Positions 58,209-64,000 of a stretch of 64,000 nt of DNA are shown here, piece after piece (within the stretch, counting starts at the first letter, position 1; the number at the start of each line of letters is the position of its first letter). This DNA is from an uncultured Pseudobdellovibrionaceae bacterium (GTDB taxonomy: Bacteria; Bdellovibrionota; Bdellovibrionia; Bdellovibrionales; UBA1609): positions 128,001-192,000 of the forward strand of contig CAWDNU010000003.1 in the NCBI GenBank assembly GCA_963803705.1, given 5' to 3'. The translations under genes were made by a program, and so were the position numbers. The notes under the pieces were generated by a model. That model was not told the DNA's origin. It made no database searches and saw only the letters and a program-made list of their open reading frames with translations.

Positions 58209-61200
58209 ATGAAAAAGATGAATTTAGTTTTTAAACTAGCTACAACAAGTTTAATTGCTCTTAGCGCCGCATGCGTTAAGCAGCATCCTGTAGATAGCAG
58301 CCTGAACGACAGAGCCAGAATTCAAAACGGTGAATTAGTTGACATCTCTTCCTTAAAAGCGACCTACGTGGTTTCAACAAACAGTGTTGAAACCGCTTTG
58401 CCGTCTTCAACGGATCGACCCGAGTTGAACTATTTCGATATCGAATCTTCTAATTACAAAGCTCAGACATCCGGGGATCCAGAACCTTCTGGTATGTCAG
58501 TTGTTGATCAAGTGGTTGTGAACAAAGGTGTAGATGAAATTCGTTTTTTAGACAAAGTAGGCTTTGAAACTAACGCCCCTTTACTTAAAAATAATGTGGC
58601 CAAAGTGGATTTTTTAGGTAAGCCAAATAAAACTTATGACATTAAGTACAAGTTAACACCTTCGAATTTAGTCATGATGAAAATAGTAGATGAAGATGAG
58701 ATCACTCACCACGAAAGGCCTTATGCAGATAATTTAGGTCAGGGTAAGTATGCAGTGCCGTTAGGTGGCTACCCTATCGACACTTTGAGAAGAAAAAGGG
58801 CACTTAACGACGACGATGATGTTACAAACCGATACCAGTATGTGACCGCAAAACTTAGATTCAACGAAGATGGTTCGTTAGATCTATCGTGTAAATCTTG
58901 CGCTAATTTTATAGATCTTGACCCTGACGATCAGGGATTTCAAAAATTTATTGTAGTCACTGATAAAAAGGATGTTTATCCGGCTAGTTATTTTACCGGG
59001 GAATGGTACTTTTCTGAAGGAGTGGTAAATACTAAGCCTGGTAGTGAAACTGCTATTGGATTTATTAGTGGATCTTTCGATGCTGACTTTAGAAATGCTT
59101 CTAAAATTAAATTTTTTAGAACACCAAATGCAATCAAAGGTTACAATATAGCCATCGATGAAGAACTTAAAGATGATGATAGCCTAAATCTTAGTCCTGT
59201 GATTTCAATACCTGCCGAAGGCAAAAACTATCAGCTGGCTGAAACAGGTTTGTTTAGACAGTTACAAGAAGTAGAGGTGCCAAATATTTCAGTTGAGGCA
59301 GCCCCTTACCTAAAATTTCATTTTGAAGGCCTTTCGACCGTACAAACCATTATTGAAAGCAAGTTTTCTGTTCTTGGCACAATAGGTACGACCAGTGCAG
59401 GGCTACTTAAAGAGGTTATGTTCGGTGAAGATAGTTTTTCGTTAACATTTGAAGATGTAACTAATGGTAGACGTTTACGCTATTCATTTTTAAAAGTTAA
59501 GCCTAGAAACTATCAGCCAAGACGACATTACAAAGAGGATCGTGAAATTTTTGGTTATTTTCCCACCGTCAGAACTCGTTTAAAACGGCCTGCTGAAGAC
59601 TACAGGGAAGAGGATTTCGAAAAGAATATTTTAATTCAAAGGCATAACCCTAATGAGGATGTAGTGTTCTATTTTTCAGACCTTACGCCCAAAGACAATA
59701 ACGGAAAGTGCAGACCATTAGGTGATGACTCCCTAGGTCCACTTTTAGATTCAAAAGGCAATATTAACTACAGGGAAATTGGCCGGCGTTCAATTAAATA
59801 TTGGGATGCCGCTTTTAAATTAGCAGGTGCCCCGAAAGGTGTAATTCTAAATGAAGTGAATGAAGATGGCGTGTGCTTTGATGCACCACTAGGGGACTTA
59901 CAGTTCAACTCTATCAATATGCTAGACACCATTCAGTCTACAAACTTACTAGGTGTAGGCCCCTCGTTAGTCGATCCTTACACAGGCGAAGTGATTAATA
60001 CGACGATGAATGTGCATATAGCTCCATTTAGATCAATTGTTAGTAGCGAAGTTAGAAAATACTTAAGTAGCCGTCTGGGACTATTTGAAGATCGCTCTAA
60101 TAGAATTTCAAATACAATTACCAATAGCAGTACAATCTTAGGACAAACTATTGATACCTATGATGGAATTAAAGAAAGCTTAATTAATTTAATCCCTGTA
60201 AATCTAAGGCGCTATGTCGCAGAACTTTATCACTTTGGTCGCTATGATGCGAATAGGGACCTAAGCCGTTTAGCAAAGTACGGCGCTATCAATAGCAACC
60301 AGCTTTTTGATTTCTACAATGACTATAACGATTTTCAGACCAATTCTAGAGAAGTAAGTTTAGTCCAACTAATAAGCGATAAAGTTCTTCAGACTGAACA
60401 GCTGGTTGTGGGCGAGCAGTACTCACGTGGAAAAATCAACACATTGGACGAGTATAAAAACCGTTTGAGATTGATAGAAAAATATAGACCAGACTTCTAC
60501 AGATCAAGAATGGTGACTGAAGATATCTCTGCACTTACTAGCGTAAATAGTATGGATGCAGATATCAAAGAAAAATGTGATGAAGTCCGAGATTTTGTTG
60601 ATCGAAAAATTGCCGAGGCAGGTCCCGGGCAAACACCTACTGTGACTTCGCGAGAAGAAAATCCGATTGTTAAGTCCTGTATGAATAAAATAATACCTTA
60701 CAAAATTTTAGCTACAGTTGTTCATGAGATGGGTCATAACCTGGGTCTAAGACATAACTTTTACGGTTCTGCAGACCCTAAGAACTTTTTTACTACAGGT
60801 GAAATCAAGAATTTGTATGATGTAACAATTGCGTCTGAGGACAAGTTACCGCAAAGCTCGACCTCGATGGAATACATTCCTTCTGATAAAGACCGGTTAT
60901 ACTTTCCGGGTCACTACGATATAGCAGCTATTCGTTATGGTTATGCTAACGAAGTCGAACTTGCATCGAATGATCGACCAAATTTAGCGAAAAACGTTGT
61001 TCCATTAACTGGTAATCAACAAGCCACTCAATCTGGACCTGAGGGGAGCATTGTCAGTAACCAATCCGAGTTTGGGGCCATTCGAAATTACAAGTACTGC
61101 ACAGATCACCAAGCAACTTTGGATTTTGATCCTATGTGCCAGAGGCATGATTTTGGCACAACACCTGGCGAAGTCGTCAAGGGTTTGATCAACGAATATT

Positions 61201-63137
61201 ACGAAGACCTAGTGGTGTATGGTACAAGATACGACCGGGCTGGTTTAAGTACCGGCATGCGACGAGTTGGAAATCTTTCTCGTCTAAAAAGATTTTACGA
61301 CGAGTGGAGATACAAGCTTGCTGATAAATTAGGTGTAGGTAACGAGTATTTAGATAAGTATGATCCAGCAAGTTACAGGAAGTTACTGGTTAGTTTAGCT
61401 AACGACACTTCGTTTAACGGAAGAGAGTACTTAGCAGTTAGGACTCAAATTTTCGATTTTTTAAATGACGTTACATTCTTAAATAACAAGTACTGTATGA
61501 CCTTTGATCCAATCACCGATCAGCCCTTTATGTTAGAGCTTGAAAAAGCAAGAATTCAAGTCAGAAGCAAAGCACCTGACGCTATTATAGCTAGTTGTGA
61601 AGACAGCCAAGGCTTGGTTCAGGATTACATTGAAAGTCGTGGGCTTATATATTTAGGTGATGTTGGATTTTCTTTGAATGATTATAAATATAAGGTGGAC
61701 GGCAAAGAAGCCTTTGAGGATGCTTTAGATGTAACCGGCACCTTCAATGAGCGTTTGTTTGCAACAGTCTTTTTAACAGAAAGAAGCCAAAGAGTTCCTG
61801 GTTTATTACAGCGTATTCAACCAAGCATGATGGACGAGCCAGATCTTTATCAAAACTTCGAAAGTTTAGTTTTAAGACGAGTCTTAGGTGGAGCAAATAT
61901 TGGTAAATCTGTTTCGTTGCTAGGACAAAGTGATCCAGCGCTTTCAACTCGAGTTCCAGCAGGGTTAAAGCCTATGGTTGATCAGTTTACCTCGATTCCT
62001 GAAGACGCAGTAATTTTAGTAGATAAGTTTGATGCAGAAGGACCCTTACTAAACTTAATGATGAGCCTTCTAGAGCAAGGTGCTAAGAATCCATTTGTCG
62101 ATTCTTCAGCTAGATCAACTAAGTACGGACGATTTATTGATAACTTATCCCAGGCTGATATCGACAGTCTAAGGGAGCAAGGCGGGGTAGCTATACCTGT
62201 CTCTTCTGGACAGTACTTGATTATCCGAGAAGAAAATACTGTATCTATGCAACTAGCTGATCAGTACTTTCAACTGTCACAAAAAGTTGGCTTTGGATTC
62301 TTTATTCAAGAGCAAACTCCGCCTGAAAAAGCAGACCTAGCTTCTGTAGTCTCTTTAAAAATGGAAGATGTAATTTCAGACTTACCAGATACTGCTGGAA
62401 ATTTAACGGCAGAAGACTATCTTGCATTTGCCGCTGAATTTGAAAGAGTTTTTGATATGGAAAGTGAAAGTGTCGGGTATTTCGAAATAGGATTGGCAGG
62501 GGCTTTGACTACTGGTGAATTAGGTCCATACAATTTGTTTTTCAAAAGCTTAGTTGATCAAATCAATGCTAGGGTTGCTGCTGGTATTGACGCTTCTGAT
62601 CTGCAGGCTGAGTTGCAAAACAGAATCAACCAAGTAAATGCAGATGTGCCAAGATTTTTTGCTGTAGCAGAGCAAGCTTTACAGCAACAGTTTGGACCAG
62701 ACTACAAAACAGTTATTCCGCTAAAAGCCGAAATGCAGCAAAAACTAGCACAGGCAATTCTGCCTTCGATTGACGCTTTGTTTGAAAGCTTTGCATTAAC
62801 ATTAAGGGACTATGAACTAAATCAAGAAGAATATATGGCGCACTTCAGAGTGATCCAGGGTATTTTAATGGGCCAAAATGGAGCAGAGCTTGGGGCTCAG
62901 CTTGCTCAGTCTGCACTTACACGGATGGATATAGTCTCTGGGCGCACAAGCACGCCTGTACAAAGATTTATGCAAAGAAATTTTCCTGATACATTCGTAG
63001 ACAGTATGCGCATTGATAATCCCTTACTTAAGCGAAAAGGAAATTTTATGGAAGGAAGGTCGTTATTTGATAACCAAATGATTAAGCAAAGTAGCGCTTT
63101 TGGTGCAGTGCCTGCGGATTTTAGATTCGCAGACTAG
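58209..63137 (+). CDS. Very large zinc-dependent metalloprotease lipoprotein (metzincin, EcxA/DUF4953-like)
   Basis: Lipobox SAAC; LLGVGPSLVDPYTGEVI; HEMGHNLGLRHNF; Met-turn TSMEY; YDIAAIRYGY; YCTD. Confidence 0.88.
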   Translation: MKKMNLVFKLATTSLIALSAACVKQHPVDSSLNDRARIQNGELVDISSLKATYVVSTNSVETALPSSTDRPELNYFDIESSNYKAQTSGDPEPSGMSVVDQVVVNKGVDEIRFLDKVGFETNAPLLKNNVAKVDFLGKPNKTYDIKYKLTPSNLVMMKIVDEDEITHHERPYADNLGQGKYAVPLGGYPIDTLRRKRALNDDDDVTNRYQYVTAKLRFNEDGSLDLSCKSCANFIDLDPDDQGFQKFIVVTDKKDVYPASYFTGEWYFSEGVVNTKPGSETAIGFISGSFDADFRNASKIKFFRTPNAIKGYNIAIDEELKDDDSLNLSPVISIPAEGKNYQLAETGLFRQLQEVEVPNISVEAAPYLKFHFEGLSTVQTIIESKFSVLGTIGTTSAGLLKEVMFGEDSFSLTFEDVTNGRRLRYSFLKVKPRNYQPRRHYKEDREIFGYFPTVRTRLKRPAEDYREEDFEKNILIQRHNPNEDVVFYFSDLTPKDNNGKCRPLGDDSLGPLLDSKGNINYREIGRRSIKYWDAAFKLAGAPKGVILNEVNEDGVCFDAPLGDLQFNSINMLDTIQSTNLLGVGPSLVDPYTGEVINTTMNVHIAPFRSIVSSEVRKYLSSRLGLFEDRSNRISNTITNSSTILGQTIDTYDGIKESLINLIPVNLRRYVAELYHFGRYDANRDLSRLAKYGAINSNQLFDFYNDYNDFQTNSREVSLVQLISDKVLQTEQLVVGEQYSRGKINTLDEYKNRLRLIEKYRPDFYRSRMVTEDISALTSVNSMDADIKEKCDEVRDFVDRKIAEAGPGQTPTVTSREENPIVKSCMNKIIPYKILATVVHEMGHNLGLRHNFYGSADPKNFFTTGEIKNLYDVTIASEDKLPQSSTSMEYIPSDKDRLYFPGHYDIAAIRYGYANEVELASNDRPNLAKNVVPLTGNQQATQSGPEGSIVSNQSEFGAIRNYKYCTDHQATLDFDPMCQRHDFGTTPGEVVKGLINEYYEDLVVYGTRYDRAGLSTGMRRVGNLSRLKRFYDEWRYKLADKLGVGNEYLDKYDPASYRKLLVSLANDTSFNGREYLAVRTQIFDFLNDVTFLNNKYCMTFDPITDQPFMLELEKARIQVRSKAPDAIIASCEDSQGLVQDYIESRGLIYLGDVGFSLNDYKYKVDGKEAFEDALDVTGTFNERLFATVFLTERSQRVPGLLQRIQPSMMDEPDLYQNFESLVLRRVLGGANIGKSVSLLGQSDPALSTRVPAGLKPMVDQFTSIPEDAVILVDKFDAEGPLLNLMMSLLEQGAKNPFVDSSARSTKYGRFIDNLSQADIDSLREQGGVAIPVSSGQYLIIREENTVSMQLADQYFQLSQKVGFGFFIQEQTPPEKADLASVVSLKMEDVISDLPDTAGNLTAEDYLAFAAEFERVFDMESESVGYFEIGLAGALTTGELGPYNLFFKSLVDQINARVAAGIDASDLQAELQNRINQVNADVPRFFAVAEQALQQQFGPDYKTVIPLKAEMQQKLAQAILPSIDALFESFALTLRDYELNQEEYMAHFRVIQGILMGQNGAELGAQLAQSALTRMDIVSGRTSTPVQRFMQRNFPDTFVDSMRIDNPLLKRKGNFMEGRSLFDNQMIKQSSAFGAVPADFRFAD

Positions 63138-63370
63138 TAAAAATTTAATTAGGTTTTTGTTGTGTTAATAAAAATCATCGGTTAAATCTTTTGAAGCTCA
63201 GGTTTAAAAAGCGACTTTAAGCAACCACAACTCTTTTTTGCTTGTGGACGTGCGACGATAAGGTGCTTAAGCACTTGGGCTTTTTGTTTTTAGTGAAATA
63301 GTACAGAAGACTTAAAACCTAAACTCGATCGTTAACTTAAATTTTGAATTCTAACGTCCAGAGGCTTTCA

Positions 63371-63844
63371 ATGAGATACATATTTTTGACCGCTTTGCAC
63401 TTAAGTTTATTTATTGGTGTCAGCCTGCAGGCTAAGCCTGATCTTGAGGTTTCTCTTTTAGCCTTAAAAAAGATATTATATGTTAATCCATACATCGAGC
63501 CTGCAGACGAAAGAGATGCTAAAAAAAAGTTTACGGATTTGGTTGCCGATTATCTAAATCCCGGTATCTTCACCATTTTTGATGATTCTACGGGTAGCTC
63601 ATTGACTCATTTTTCTTATACAACAAACACATGCGATGTTTTCAACGAAGAAGCTACTTTTTCAGTTTATAATTGTGAATATACGACTGGTTACTCAAAA
63701 GCCGTAAAAGTTGATGAACTTGGTAAAGTGGAACTTGATTTGGGTCTTTTGAATTCCAGTGGAATCAGTATTTTGTACGACCTAAAGCTTAAGTCCGACG
63801 ACAGTGCCGCAGAGTTTTCAAATACGGCTTATTATATATTTTAA
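63371..63844 (+). CDS. Secreted hypothetical protein
   Basis: GAGG RBS before ATG 63371; signal peptide ending LQA. ORF-track start is 63344. Confidence 0.55.
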   Translation: MRYIFLTALHLSLFIGVSLQAKPDLEVSLLALKKILYVNPYIEPADERDAKKKFTDLVADYLNPGIFTIFDDSTGSSLTHFSYTTNTCDVFNEEATFSVYNCEYTTGYSKAVKVDELGKVELDLGLLNSSGISILYDLKLKSDDSAAEFSNTAYYIF

Positions 63845-63884
63845 GTCTACCTTCTAAATTTGTGAAACATCTTCAAATACTTAA

Positions 63885-63908
63885 AAACCCAGTCGGGTTT
63901 ATTTTTTT
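63885..63908 (+). terminator. Rho-independent terminator
   Basis: AAACCC-agtc-GGGTTT followed by ATTTTTTT. Confidence 0.55.
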
Positions 63909-64000
63909 GCTTCCATGCGCTTGCGGCAAATTTGTTAGCCTCGCTAAGGCCTGGGTAGGGGTGAGTGGTGGACATAATTTGATTTAAGCCGTAGTTATTT

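Noticed and set aside
1..64000. CRISPR array, rRNA, integrase, transposase or relaxase
   Set aside because: No regularly spaced repeat-spacer series, rRNA-like tract or recognisable recombinase/relaxase motifs were seen by eye.

Overview
AT-rich bacterial chromosome segment; gene content suggests a Bdellovibrionota-like predator (inference). Positions 1 to about 43.6 kb look like one end of an integrative conjugative element or genomic island abutting the 3' end of a tRNA-Asp(GTC) gene (43635-43711, minus strand). It carries: (1) a VirB2-B3-B4-B5-B6-B8-like T4SS operon running off the left edge, preceded by a sigma54 promoter motif, an IHF-like site and a candidate enhancer palindrome; (2) a czcI/C/B/A/D-cadA cassette; (3) an operon of a sigma54 activator, ankyrin lipoprotein, histidine kinase, glycine-zipper lipoprotein, VirB8-like protein and HEPN protein; (4) an ECF sigma/anti-sigma pair divergent from a cus/cop operon, with twin promoter motifs; (5) an ars operon; (6) a multicopper oxidase-ppk2-APC permease operon. 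Five island genes are split by single-base +1 frameshifts, possibly sequencing errors. Right of the tRNA is apparent core chromosome: a hydrolase and acylase pair, a candidate extracellular-DNA scavenging locus with a Pho-box-like repeat, cysS, cdd, and a beta-barrel next to a very large metalloprotease. The most striking non-coding feature is a ~200-bp palindrome with 56-bp perfect arms (52304-52506). It overlaps the nuclease start and has two opposed sigma54-like motifs at its centre. All calls come from reading motifs by eye; no searches were run.
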